Assembly (NCBI GenBank): GCA_964016885.1 | Contig: OZ024741.1 | Span: 327,856,001-327,920,000, forward strand | Direction: 5' to 3' | Length of the DNA: 64,000 nt | Source: Eledone cirrhosa | Lineage: Eukaryota | In this document: positions 40,929 to 55,248 of the stretch, piece after piece | How positions within the stretch are numbered: the first letter of the stretch is position 1 | Layout: each line of letters starts with the position of its first letter | Translations under genes and position numbers: made by a program | Notes under the pieces: generated by a model | What the model was told of the DNA's origin: nothing | The model's input: the letters and a program-made list of their open reading frames with translations, nothing else | Database searches by the model: none

Positions 40929-43900
40929 CAGCTTCAATTTCGACCATGTATCAATTGATTAGATCATCCGATAAAAATCACTGAGTGTTAGTAATTTGTA
41001 TTACAGCACTGATAAATTGAGATTTAAAAATCGGTTCAAGTGTACGAATGTTTTGTATTCTTATTAAATATCGATTTCTTTATTTCGGCACAAGGTCTGC
41101 ATATTCGAGTTAAGAGCAAAAGTGATTAAATCAGTCTTAATTAGTACCAATCCGGTGTACGTGTTAAATAATTGAGAATCCCTGCCAAGGACAGGTCGCC
41201 CAGTCATTGCAGAGTTAAACCCTCAGCCATTGCTGACCTTCCTTTTCAGCTCAGTATACTAGAGCGACATGAAATAAAGTGTTTTGCTCAAGGCTCGTGT
41301 GTGTATAGTATGTGTGTAAATCAGCTGCTGCACACTGTTCCAAACTCGGATGAATGAAATGCAATGTTTTCCTTCACGAGATATAAACACAGAATGTAAA
41401 GCAGCAAAACAGATACTACAGTAGCATATTCTCCGACGTTCTAGCTTTTCTGAAATTCTTTTCTTGCATTACCCCTCAACTCTGATCGAAAAAAGAAAAA
41501 TAGTGAGAATATGTTCCCATTAGTCTTTCCACTGCTGATGCTATCCGACTGTTGGAACTCACATGCAAACAAACTATGATTTGAACGCAGGACAAACAAA
41601 GTCGAATATGATACAACAAATATCAGCCTCGACAATTTAAGAATTCTGCCAATTCATCTCTTTTGGTTGATATACGTCTTATAAACCCTGGACGAATTGA
41701 CTATTGCCAGTGTGGCGGTTTCTGGAAGTTCCTCTATTAGTGGAATGATAGTAAATTAGTGTTTTATTGAGTCTGCTATCTTTTAGGGTTACTTGTAGTA
41801 TGACGTGTACTCGGTTTAAGGTCTACACAATGGCAGTTAGGCATGAGATTAAGCAGGAGATAGATTTGAACAAAAGTAAATCAAACAGATATATTTGTTC
41901 ATTTACTATCGGAAAGGTAAATGCATACCCATAAATCAAATGTCCTTATAATATCTTCACTCTATTTTCGAACGTATAGTGGACTAGGTTGTCTAAGTCT
42001 AAAGTTTGTTTCGAGCATAGAATCACCTTAGGCCGGTATTTCTCCCAGTTTCCATTGAGTGGAGCGAAGGAGAGTTCATGACACCCCGCTGGAGAGAACG
42101 GCATTACATCGCAGGGCTAAACTTCCAGCTACTCGTCGTACTCATTTTCAGCTGAAAATACTGGAGCAACATGAAATAAAGTTTTAAAACCCAGTCCGGG
42201 AATCGAACCTACTGTATTATGATCGTAAGTCCAACATCCTTACCACCAGCATGTACTAAAGTTGAGTAATAATTCATTGGCCTTAACTCAGATGGAAGAA
42301 ATGAAACTGTTTTCGTTGTTCCTTTCATTGCTAATATAATCGTAACAGCCTGCAGCAGTGCCGTCTCGTTTCTGATCTCTAGAGGCAGGACTTGAACTCA
42401 AAATGCAGAGCATCAGCGCAAATAAATATACAACGCTTTTACAATTACATTAATTCCGTGCTCCTATACTCTTACTTGATTTATCGTTCTTTAAATAATG
42501 AAGTATAATGTTGACATCGATTTAAAGGCACATAGCAGAGTTGGAACCACAATAATTGTAGCCTTTTTACGACGCTCTAACGACAGTCATATCCCGTGAC
42601 ATTCCAAAACCTGAATATTTCTTTGAAATTAACAGAAAATGAAGTGATTCAAAATACAGATATTAGTTGCTAGAACTGACATCAGTTAAATGCTATAATT
42701 TAATCCGCCACGTACGTACGAAAGACAACATCGTATCTTGCCAATATTTCACTTCAATACATATACAATAACTGACAATTCGTTTCATATGGTGCCCGAT
42801 AATTTCTGTTAACATATGTTAGCATGGTGTATGTATGCAAATATGTATATCGATTGGTATATTTTTTGTTGTTTTGGTTTGTGCGTTAGTTTTATATGAA
42901 CATTGATTCTTATAAATATGCGTTGTCATGAAATATTGATTTCAGAAGTTCTGTGTTTAGTTCCGAAACCTGTCCAATTACTGCTCATTCAGAGATTGCG
43001 TGACATTGTATTCAGTAGCTTCAGTACAATCGTACAGTGAAGTGTACGTACGTTCGTACGCACAACACAAAAGTCATACACACATAGGTAAATATTTGAC
43101 CGAAAATCTAGATAATTATTTACTGTCTGTTTAGTAAATACATAATTGTATGGGACTTGAATTGGCGTAAGATTATGAAATATCAGTGATTCGCTACATA
43201 ATTAATATCTGCATTTGATATTGTCACTGTCTGAATGATAACTCACTGTCTGCCAATTTTCATTTATTATCTCTTTCACCTGATCTGTCTTCTTTCATTT
43301 GTTGCGTCCGTTTTGGTATTTCTTAGCGCATGACAGTTCTCCGTTATCCAGTTCATTAAGCTTCCGGTAATATGTGTGATACACCCAAGCATTGATATCT
43401 GATATAGTTGAGCTGATAATCAGAGGATATCTAATGGGAAATCCTCTCTGATAAATTACGTCTATTTTAGTGGTTGTCGTAACGCATTGTGTTCATATAG
43501 CATAGAAGCATATCTACATTCACCTGAACATTGTGTACGCTTCATTCACATTTTTAATGTTGTAATCTAGTTTAAATTACAAAGCTATTTATACAAAAAC
43601 AAATCTCAGTAATAAAGGGAACCAAACAAAAAAGAAAAAAATCAAGGACATTTAAACAAGAGAAAGAAAAAAAGAATCAAAGAACGAAGGACAGTGAGAA
43701 GGAGAGGGACAGAGCCTACACCATAGTCTGGGTAGTGCCAATCTCAGAAAGGAGACAATACTTTATTCTATTATTCATTTATTTATTTAATAGTTTTCCT
43801 CTCTGTGCTAATCTATTCACTAAATTAACTGGTTATGACAGGTAGCTTGTGTTTTTTCATGATTATACATATATATTTATATACATATTTATAAATCTTG

Positions 43901-44798
43901 TGCTTTCTATAATTACACACACACACACATACATATATATATATGTCTGTGTGTGTGTATGTGCGTGTGTGTGTGTGTGTGTATATACAAACACACGGGT
44001 ATATGATGGTGATTAGAAATAGCAACATCAGTAGATTGAAACATTCTAATGAAAGGACCTAGAGCATATTTAAACCACTCTCATAAACAAAGCAATGACT
44101 TTCGGTTATCCGGATAATAGATCCAATACTGAGATTAGGAGCTCAAAGACAGCAGTTATGAATACCGAGAAAACGAGCCGCAACTTCTCTGTATGGGCCA
44201 ACGAAATAGATATTTGAAATTCCTCTAAAAATCCGTCAAGTGTGGCAAAATTTCAACTATTTAATTCAACACTTCTGTTTACTAAAATGTCATTGACGTT
44301 GTTTGTAATTTAGCAGACATTAAATACAGCTAGTCCGGACGGGGGTATCAATCATTTCTTTCCTAAGTATACATAGCCGTATGTTTCGTTTGGCAATGGA
44401 CAGAAGCATTAATAGTAGAGAAATATTTGCCAATATTTGTTAGTTTCTTTATTAGATATGTCATTATCGTTGAATGTTATCATTGTTGTTCTTAATATTG
44501 TTTTGTTGTTACTATTGTCGTTGTTGTTGTAGTAAATATTATTGTTGTTTTTAACAAGAAATCAGCACGAACTCAGAAACCAATCCAATTCAAATATTTA
44601 CGCTTAATTATCTTGTTCATATTTGTTTTTCTCAGTAAAAATATCTCGATAAAGAATCATTATATCAGAATGTATCAACAACTGGAGCTTACTGTTTGCA
44701 TTCTAAAAAAGTACGCTACACAAATACACGATCGCGCATAAACGAAGATATATACATATATATACACACTCGTGTGCACATATATAGAATTGTGTATC

Positions 44799-44884
<86 letters not shown>

Positions 44885-45829
44885 CACACACACATATATA
44901 CGCACACACGCACACACACACACATATATATATTTGGATCGATATATACGTGGATGTGTGTGGGAGTGATTTCACATGTGTGTTTCTGTGTGCACGTGTG
45001 TGTGTGTATAAAAGGATGATTTCAACTCTAATATCACGAATATTAAGCAGTTTAGAAAATCAAGGTAGGCATTATTCTGATCAGTAAAACTTATCTATCC
45101 TACTTTCTTAATGACAAAAAATCACAAAATAAAACTATGAAATTTTCGCCATATTCTTTAAATGAAGTTTAATACAGTTCTGGGGAAAGTGATTTGAGAT
45201 AGGATTATATCTGCAAGACGTGCACATCATGGAATAAATGATAATGTTAATTATCTATTATTCCATGGACCCTTAACGCATAATACATTTGTAGGAACGC
45301 CGCAACAATGGATACGCTGTAACTTATGCATTCTGAGAGTTGAGGAATATCACCGCTCACTCAGGGTGACGACTGCCGAATTTTTCTAGGGATATTAAGA
45401 GGTAGAGATGAAGAGAGAGGGAGGGAGAGAGAAAGAGGTAGGGGTGATATGAACGAAGAATCGATTCACTTGCCATGCCAGTATTTTATTTATTGACATC
45501 GACATTATTAAAAGCAAAGGTGATCTCTGAGGGTTTGAACACAGCGCGAAAAAAGCCGGAGTGAATATCGCAAAATCTTTTATCCATCATGCTAACGACA
45601 GTGCCAATTTTCAGCGTTAACACTGCCAGTAGATTAAAATACTTGTTCTATAGCAGTTTCTTAGTGGTTAGGGAATTGGATACGCAATCGTGATGTTGCG
45701 AGTTGAGCAAGACACTTTATTACACATTGCTCGTTCATGCATGAGTTGCAAACGGTAGATGGGATCATCAACGGAAAGACCAATGTAAACATGGATCCAC
45801 CTGGCTTTCCATAACAACTGCAGCCAGCA

Positions 45830-45958
45830 GGCCTTGACCCAGCCGACGACAAGCGTCCCGATGGAATCATCCCCTTCCCATTCGAAGGGGGTAGATCCCT
45901 CATCTGGGACGCCACTTGTTGTGACACGTTCTCCACATCCAACTTAGTCGCTTCGACC
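45830..45958 (+). mobile_element. CRE-like RLE fragment
   Basis: GLDPADDKRPDGIIPFPFEGGRSLIWDATCCDTFSTSNLVAS, homologous to the peptide at 2440-2575 (-). Confidence 0.7.
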
Positions 45959-46330
45959 ACAAACCTACATGCCTTCTTTTCCCTGTCCCATATTATTATA
46001 TCTGGTCTGTTATGTTTGCATTTTATTGGGGTTTTAACTGGAACATTCCACCAGTACTCTTTCATATTATGTATGCATATGACTTCCACATTGCTGTAAC
46101 TATTAATTTGATTATTGTCGGGGCTATCTTTTCTAAGAATTGCATTGTACAGGGTTTTGGCCACTACATCATACTTCGTAGGCAAATAATAAGGTGATGA
46201 CATCTTTGGACAGCTGCTTATGATGAGGGTGACATCTTCGATGTTAATTCTGCAGAGTCTGCATTTGTTGACACATCTAGATATTTTGCCTGCATCACTA
46301 TCTCTTTTGTGAATCAGGTATTTTGTGTTG
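45959..46330 (-). mobile_element. R4/Dong-like non-LTR fragment (zinc knuckle + RLE)
   Basis: KCRLCRINIEDVTLIISSC…YWWNVPVKTPIKCKHNRPDIIIWDREKKAC. Confidence 0.7.
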
Positions 46331-46427
46331 ATATGTATGTATCTCTCTATCAATGTATCCATATATGTATCTATGCATGCATGTGTATATATATATGAGT
46401 CTTGAACTCCTTTTTTTTTTATTTGAT

Positions 46428-46479
<52 letters not shown>

Positions 46480-46684
46480 GGAATGTACATGTATATATAT
46501 AGGTCTTCGACAGTAAAAGCATTTCAATCCTTATTCTTTTATTCGTTTAATTGCAATACCACCATATGCACAAAATTGGATTAAACAGAGGATGAGTTAA
46601 GAGGTTGACAGATGGTTTGGTTCTTTCATCCTGTTTTCCGTAATTTTGGTGTGCAAATTTGCTACATATATGTATGTAGTATCA

Positions 46685-46729
<45 letters not shown>

Positions 46730-46769
46730 GATATTAAATAAATGGAAACTATATTTATAAAACCATATT

Positions 46770-46835
46770 TATTTCATTATATATATTTCAGGGATATCAT
46801 ATTAACAATATGTTATGCCTTCTTCAGACAAAATA
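46770..46835 (-). ncRNA. Type I HHR in the inverted 5' pLTR
   Basis: Mirror image of 50740-50805. Confidence 0.8.
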
Positions 46836-47224
46836 CAATATAGACAGTTTTATAGATAAATAGATTTGACATACCGTTCAACATCGACTTGTATTTGAAA
46901 AAGTTGATTTGGCAGTGAAAAATTGTAAACAGAAAGAAAGAAAGAAAGAAAGAAGGAAAGAAAGAAAGAAAACGAAGAAAAAGAAGAAAAAGAAGAAATG
47001 CATGCAACAAAATAGAGAGATGGAAAGATAGATAAAGAGAAGAACTTCATGTAAAGAAACAGAGAGAGATATATAGAGAGAGGAAATAGATAGAGATAGA
47101 TATATATAGAGAAAAGTAGGTAGTTGAACGACGTATCAATGATACATTTATTTATTTATTTATTTATTTAGCTCTAGTATTAATGTAAGGGAGATATATG
47201 TGGTTAGGAAAGAAAACTGAAAAA

Positions 47225-49436
47225 ATGGAATTCTTTAAGATTACTTCCTCTTTAAAAGACATACCTCTACCTAGAAACAAAGACTTTATAAAACAATTAA
47301 TAGATAAATCTGACTCTTTTATAAGGAGAATCAGGTGGCAAGCATTCCACTTTGATAAATCTAATATAAATGAAAATGTCCCGGACTTAAACAAAGTTTT
47401 CAAATCTAAAAGAAATCCATCCCCTAACAAACTTTTATCTGACTTTGAAAACGATATAATTTCTATCATACAAGGGGTCAAATTCAAGAGAAACTTCAAA
47501 GGCCAGGAATATCTGAAAGGCATTAAGGATAATATTGAGAGCTTAGAGAAAACTGAGAAGATCTTGGTGAAATCTGACAAGACCAACAACCTCTATGGAG
47601 TGCAGAAAGACATGTATAATGACCTCATACTGAAGGAACTGAGGAAAAAGTACAAGGTAGCAGATAAGGCCGAGCTTGAGAAAATGAATGTTGAAGCATC
47701 TTGTATAATGCACGAGTTGGAAATTGAGAACAGAACACAACCTTTCATGCCCAGGAAACCGAAGATCAATATGAAAGATCACAAAAGGAATTTTGAAAAT
47801 GACTTGCCAGTTAGATTGATCGCACCATCAAAATCGGACCTGGGCAAATTAAGCAAAAACATTCTTGACAGGGTGATACAGCAAATTAAAAACTTGGATT
47901 GTTTACCTAACCTGAGCTTGTGGAAGGGAACTGGAGAGGTTGTTGAGTGGTTTAAGCAAATTAAATATAACAATAATAATAAGTTTATTCAACTTGATAT
48001 TGCTAACTATTATTCTTCTATTACCCCTAATCTACTAAATAAGGCACTAAATTACGCATTCAAACATACAGACCTAACTAGCAATGAAATGCACATTATA
48101 TTATCGGCTAGGAAAACATTGATAGAATTTAATGACCAACTATGGACCAGAGCAGATAGAGATAGCAATTTTGACATTACTATGGGATCATCCGACTCAG
48201 CTCAGGTAACTGACCTTGTGGGCTTATTTTTAATCAATTCGCTACATAGGAAAATACCTGGTACTACCGGAGGTTTATATAGAGATGACATGCTTTTACT
48301 TATTGATAATAATAACTCTGAACTAAATAGAAAAAGAAAACAAATTACACAATTTTTTAATTACTTTAATCTAAAAATAGAAATTGAGAACAACCATAGA
48401 ATAGTCAATTTCCTAGATATAACATTAAATCTCAACACATGTCTTCACTATCCATTTCACAAGTTGAATGAAAACTTAAACTATGTCAGCTTTAACTCTA
48501 ACCACCCCAGATCTGTCAAAAACATTATAGTAAACTCTGTTCAAAAACGTATCTCTAGAATCTCGTCTAATAGAAAGATTTTCGACGAAAAAGCCCAGTA
48601 CTACAATGAAGCGTTAGCTAGAGTAGGATATAGTGATAAGATTATGTACATAGATAATGATAGACAAACTAAACAAAATAACAACTATTTTAATTACGGC
48701 CACAACCTTAACAACTATAATAGAAAGCATTACAATAATTCCAAAAGCCAAAAAAGAAATAGAACTAGGAACATAATATGGTCCCCCCCCTTTCTCACTA
48801 AACATTAAAACCCACATCGCTAAACTATTTTTTAAAGCTCTTGATAATCGCTTCCCTAGAACACATAGGTATCACTCAATTTTCAATAGACATACTATAA
48901 AATTAACCTACTCATCCACCAAAAATTTAGCACAAAATATTAATAGAATAAATAATAGGAACTTAAAACCTAGCGATAATAGTATAAATAATATACAAGT
49001 TAACAAATGTAACTGTAGAGATAGATCTAAATGTCCGTTAAATAACAACTGCTTAGCTAAAAATATAATATACAACTGTAATGTTAAAACGGACTCTAAT
49101 TCTTTTAACTACGTCGGTTCCACATCGACGGAATTTAAACTTCGCTATAATAACCACAAGAATTCTTTCACAGATCCACGCAAAAAATCTTCAACAGCAC
49201 TATCAGGCGTACTCTGGCAACTTAGGCAAGATAACGTTAGATATTCGACGGCTTGGAATATAGTCTCAAGAGGGATTCCTTTTAATTCATCCTCTGAGAC
49301 ATGTGACCTCTGCGCGGAGGAGATATTCTTTATACTAAAATCTAAAAATTCCCTTAATCTACGGACAAATTTATTCAGTTGCTGCAAACATAGATTGAAC
49401 TCAACTTTTAAATATAAATTTAAATTTAAAATGTAG
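47225..49436 (+). CDS. PLE polyprotein (RT + Zn linker + GIY-YIG), one frameshift at C8 (48783-48790)
   Basis: MEFFKITSSLKDIP…, KSDKTNN, KDHK..F, LDIANYYSSI, FDITMGSSDSAQVTDLVG, GGLYRDD, VNFLDIT, SNHP; from 48792 an open frame without stops reads CNCRDRSKCPLNNNC, IIYNC…YVGST…FKLRYNNH, CDLCAEE, CCKH, TAG at 49434-49436. Confidence 0.9.
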
Positions 49437-49886
49437 TATATTTAGTTTGATTTGTAATTATTTGGGAAACTAACCGATAAATCTTTCGATTTCTTCTTTT
49501 TATTCTTCTTTTTATTTTAAACATTCTTCATGAAAAATTAAACTACCCTAAAAGTTGATGCTCCAAATATATCGAATAAACGTTACACTAGATAAACTTC
49601 TATATTAAATATAAGAACATATGTAGACCAAATAGGCATCCTAAACTTTTGAAATGATTTCTGCTAGACGCGATTTGGTAAAAAATGTTTAGCTTTATCT
49701 GTTTTCGACTCTGATGCTTATAATGAACTTGGCAATATATTGTCAATTAATTTTGAAGGGTTGATCTTTGTGGTCGATTTGCGTGGCATATTATGTTTTT
49801 ATTTTTTATTATTTTAATATTTTCATTTTTAATATGTAATATTTTTTATTTTTTATTTTTCTATTTTATTTATTTGTTTATTATTA

Positions 49887-49926
<40 letters not shown>

Positions 49927-50739
49927 CTGTTTTTGTTTCTGATATTTTTATTAATATATTGAAATCTGTTCTCTATTTCTGCTTGATAGATAATCATGTA
50001 GAGTAAAGACAAGAATAGTATTGTTAAAATTAATATAGACTCTATATATATATGTGTATATATACACATATATGTATGCTTAAATTTTTATAGCACAATG
50101 AGAATGTTCTCCGTGTGAAATAGGGGTTTGCAGAGCTGATCACGTAAATTCACATCGATGTTTGTAGTTATCATATAAACATATGAATTTTTAAAACTAG
50201 ACATAAGATCATTACTTTTCACACATTATAGATACGTGTCTCATTCAGGAATACTGATATTTACATTATAGTGCCTGGTTTTTATACGAACTAATATTTC
50301 TATATTCTGCCTCGCCTATGTCTGGTTACTTTTCATTTTTCTCTCTATATAACGGCTGGTTTCTTTCCTAACCACATATATCTCCCTTACATTAATACTA
50401 GAGCTAAATAAATAAATAAATAAATAAATGTATCATTGATACGTCGTTCAACTACCTACTTTTCTCTATATATATCTATCTCTATCTATTTCCTCTCTCT
50501 ATATATCTCTCTCTGTTTCTTTACATGAAGTTCTTCTCTTTATCTATCTTTCCATCTCTCTATTTTGTTGCATGCATTTCTTCTTTTTCTTCTTTTTCTT
50601 CGTTTTCTTTCTTTCTTTCCTTCTTTCTTTCTTTCTTTCTTTCTGTTTACAATTTTTCACTGCCAAATCAACTTTTTCAAATACAAGTCGATGTTGAACG
50701 GTATGTCAAATCTATTTATCTATAAAACTGTCTATATTG

Positions 50740-50805
50740 TATTTTGTCTGAAGAAGGCATAACATATTGTTAATATGATATCCCTGAAATATATATAATG
50801 AAATA
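50740..50805 (+). ncRNA. Type I HHR in the 3' pLTR
   Basis: TATTTTGT-CTGAAGA-AGG…CATATT(GTT)AATATG…CCT-GAAA-TATATA-TA-ATGAAATA. Confidence 0.8.
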
Positions 50806-50932
50806 AATATGGTTTTATAAATATAGTTTCCATTTATTTAATATCGTAAATATACTCCAAATACTTGTTGAGTGCTTTTATATCAGTTATAAATATTTAC
50901 TAGTTGTAACCCAACAATTTAAATATAACTTT

Positions 50933-50992
<60 letters not shown>

Positions 50993-51499
50993 CAGCTTAT
51001 CGCTACTGGTAAATTATCTTTGATTTCATTCTGAAAAATCGTCACAAGCAGTTGCATACCTTATTACTTTGAACGTTCTGATTGCCTGCAAGATGCAATG
51101 TATTTATTGTAGTTAAACATTATCACTACCTGATCTTAATTGCCACTCTGGAGCGGTATTCATGCATATGCAATTTCATGCAACAGCAATTTATCGCCGT
51201 GTTATCAATAATATCGAATTTCTAGTTAATGAGTAATGTCCTTTTTTTAATTGTTTCTAAAATAACAGGATTCCCTAAATCTTTTAATTAGCAGCTACCA
51301 TAAATTTAGCGAAAATATACCAAAAAATATTTTATAACTTTATAATCATATACTTGACACGATGGCAAGCTGTCCGTGCCATTAAATTTTCTTTATGCGT
51401 TCTTTAATTTTTAAATTATTGTGATAATTTTGATAATGTTATACCTTGTGTTGAATAATTTCTACGCGCAACAACAGAATAATTAAATTACAGAAATGC

Positions 51500-51930
51500 A
51501 CAAACACGGTGAAGGAGTTTCTGGACCGGAGAGGATAGAAGTGTTAAGAGAAAGAATGAAAGAAAAGTGCGAGGAGTTAGTAGAGACCTGGCACAGGAAT
51601 TGTTGGAGAATCATATACATACCAGTGGAGATTAGCAGCCGAGGGTTTGCAGCTCTCTCTATTAATATTGCTTACGAAGCTTTGGGTCTTACGGGAGCAA
51701 ATACGAAATGAATCATCAAGATCAACGCGAGAGCAACAAAAAGGAAGTCAAGATTACTATGACTGAGGAATGACCAGGGGGTCAGTGGTGTAGATGCCAC
51801 TTGAAGATCGGCTGAAGCTTGACAAATCTCGCTCGAGTCAACTGTATGAGAGTAGATATAGAAATGTCCGAACTACAGTTACTCCAGAATACATAATTAA
51901 TTATGTGTCCAAGGTTTTGCACAAGTGAAT
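51500..51930 (+). mobile_element. HERO/NeSL-like RLE element 3' fragment
   Basis: ERIEVLRERMKEKCEELVE…WRIIYIPVEISSRGF resembles the RLE C-terminus (K-Y-x-x-L…PVEVGxRGF). Confidence 0.55.
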
Positions 51931-52029
51931 GTGTGAAGAACCTTCTGAATTGGTATAGAAGAGCACCAATTCTAATTTTAATACATTAGGTGTTACAAAA
52001 TGGAATGCGTGGAGAGTATGCTCTCTTTA

Positions 52030-52461
52030 CTGAAAAGATACACATGCAGGGGGGTGCGTATACCGGCCATACTGCAGCATGTCATTGTGGTTGAGGTATA
52101 GTGTATTATTGGTGTAAGACACTTGATTGAATATAAATGGAATCCGCATCAACCTGTCCCAGCTCAGGCGATGTTTTTGCCTAGGGTGACGTGCAGAGAC
52201 GGTATGCATCCTGGGTTATTTCGGCTTACCCCACGAGGCATATATAGTCAACAGGGTATGGTGCCTGATCATTGAACCCGTTTCGCCGATCTGGTCGGCG
52301 TGCGCTCCGCCGCATGCCTTTAGCTTGAGCTGCCTGGTGGTTTCCATGCGTAGGGTGTGCACCTTCTCTGGTGTCTGCACTTCATGATTATTTCCGATTT
52401 CAGGTTGACCGCAACGTAACAACATCTCTGTAGGGACATATAACAAGGTGCACCCTTTCAT
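52030..52461 (-). mobile_element. Degenerate Naiad-type GIY-YIG C-terminus + UTR
   Basis: An alternative minus frame reads VNLKSEIIMKCRHQRR, matching the LN.xSE…CxH end of the other Naiad copies. Confidence 0.4.
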
Positions 52462-52518
52462 GTATAGCTCACTGTGTATCGTTATATGCCGTTAAATGAA
52501 TATGTTTTATATATTTTT

Positions 52519-52667
<149 letters not shown>

Positions 52668-52959
52668 ATATATATTAATAAGAGGAATTCGAACTTTGTC
52701 TGATTTACTCGTTTTATGTACAATCCTTTAAAATTTATAATGGTATTATAATGAAATAGTATGATAGAATATTAAATTATAAGTGTTAATTGAACAAGTA
52801 CTTTCATGCTTTCGCAATCTTCAGGTTCATAATATGTGGTGACAGTCAAGTTTGCAATTTTCAACTGTTGTAAATAAAACGAGTAAATCAGACAAAATTG
52901 GAATTCCTCTCATTAATATAATCTTCTATACACAATCATACACACTCGTGTATATTTAC

Positions 52960-53050
<91 letters not shown>

Positions 53051-53411
53051 GTATGTTAATGTATTTTTTTTATATATCTATATATTTATAGCAAGATGCA
53101 CTCTTTCATGTATGACCCATTGTGTATCTTTATATGACTTTGTGTGTATATTCTTTTTATGTATATATATTTTTTTTGTGCGTGCATCGGTGTGTATATG
53201 AATATGCGCATAATTGTAAGAGTGTATATGAGCCAGTGTATGTATGTGTGTACAAGCACCAGTGTAGGGAAAGGGCTTGTTTGTGTGTATATATGTGTGT
53301 TTGCGAGCGAGTGTGTATCTGTGTGTGTATATATGTGTACGTGTATATGTGTGTGCGTGGGTGGAGGGGTGTCTATATATATGTCTGTACGTGTTTGTGT
53401 CTGCGTGTACG

Positions 53412-53620
53412 TTTAACAATGATGAATTACAATAAAATATATAAAAGAAAACAATCGAAATCCCCATTAGGCGGGGAACGTTACTGCGGGGTTGTTTTAA
53501 CACCCCGTGGATAGAACAACCCTCAACACCAGGAAGACGTTGTGTAGGTGTTCCTGTCTTCCCCTGTTTATCTTCCTCAACCTACAGGTTTATATACAGA
53601 GAGAGCCCATTCACTCGGGC
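53412..53620 (-). mobile_element. Tx1-like LINE 3' fragment
   Basis: Reverse complement of 61139-61348 (ARVNGxSLYINL* plus UTR). Confidence 0.75.
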
Positions 53621-54199
53621 TATTTTCGCGTGTGCATGTGTCTGCGCATGTATGTGTGTGTGTTTATGTTGATGTATATAGGCATGTGGGCATGTGTCTG
53701 TGTGTGTACGTGCCTCTCTGGATTCATGTATGCGTAGGTTTATATGTTTATAGGTTCTCCTTAAATGTGTGTGCATAACGGGCGTCTATGCGTACGACTG
53801 TCATTATCTATGTGCTTTTGTGTGTGTGTGTGTGCGCGCGCGTGGATGTGTGACAACCAAACACAGCAGCAATTTATTGATGTGTAGCAGACATGGAACA
53901 GCTAACGCCCTGATGGTCAGCGGACTGGTACCTCTGGTCAGAATTATGGTGACGTCGACAACCAGCAGCCAATCACAGGACGCGCGAAGAGGATTAAGTT
54001 TTTGACGGTACTGGCTCAGAGGGTCAGATACGCCAGTGAGAGAATATGCTCCGAAATCATTAGATGTGTCCGTCGAACCTGCGGGTTCAGAACCAAGCAG
54101 ATCCATACAATGATCGCGTCTCGAGCTGTCCGCCGGCGAAACAATTGTAACACACAATAAATTGTTTCCGATGCATCACTGATTTTCCGTTTTCTATTA

Positions 54200-54309
<110 letters not shown>

Positions 54310-54457
54310 CACACAAATATATATATATATAGGAAAAAGTATTTCCTAAAAGTATTTCCTATGGGAAAAAGTTTTTCCTATTTCCCACTCTACTACCCTA
54401 AGTATTGAGTACTCTGGTGCGTTATGGTCCATCTGGTTCCGTACTACATTTCCTTTG

Positions 54458-54496
<39 letters not shown>

Positions 54497-55217
54497 TAGA
54501 TAAATCTACCAAAAATATACGGTAGTGTCCAATCCGTATGAAGAACTCAATGTAATCCAAATATCATGAAAAGAGATGTATTCAAAAATCTTTTTCGATG
54601 AAAATCGCAGGAAAACAGAGTCAAGTTAAATTAATAAAGACAATGAATAAAAACAAAGAAACAGTTCCTTATATTAAAAAATTCATCATTTTACGGTCGT
54701 TTCTAGGATATATATATGTGTTTGTTGGTATGTATATCATATAGATCTATGTAAACATTTTACAAACCATCAGAGGGAATATACATACCTACACATATAT
54801 ATGCTGTCTTCGGAAATAATATATATATTCCTATCTAATGAAGTAGATTCTCAACATATAAGAATGACACCTGGACATCTAACGACGTGATTCATATTCT
54901 CTTACTTCCTTCCTTATTGTACTTATTCCACGCTTTTTCTGAAATACACATCCCAAAAGTATAATTATCACAATATTAAATTGTGTATTTAAACGTTGTT
55001 TTTTAATGCAAATTGACATCGGAAAAAACTAAGCACATAATGTACCTGATTTAAGAGCCAGTCACACTATTATGAGTTAATGATTATTTCAACGTGACAT
55101 ATATAAATATATATATATTAGAAATGTAACGTGCGCAGGTTGAATTCGAGACATAAATAATCACTGGGAGTTGGCATACCTTAATTCCGCGAGCAAGCAG
55201 AAATCTTTATGTATCTA

Positions 55218-55248
<31 letters not shown>

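Larger units (their letters stand above)
46727..50935 (+). mobile_element. Near-intact Naiad-type PLE with inverted 5' pLTR
   Basis: Full ORF plus about 1.5-kb 3' region; 46727-47215 is the reverse complement of 50360-50848; both ends lie in (TA)n. Confidence 0.92.

Noticed and set aside
47198-47224. Track start codon of the 536-aa ORF
   Set aside because: It lies inside the inverted pLTR arm; the family-like N-terminus starts at ATG 47225.
48990-49400. Selenocysteine recoding, reported for some Naiad elements
   Set aside because: The conserved Cys codons here and in the 4750-5520 copy are TGT/TGC, with no in-frame TGA.
46727-50848. Reading the 489-bp inverted repeats as DNA-transposon terminal inverted repeats
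   Set aside because: No transposase is present, the right arm continues unpaired to about 50935, and the structure matches an inverted pLTR.
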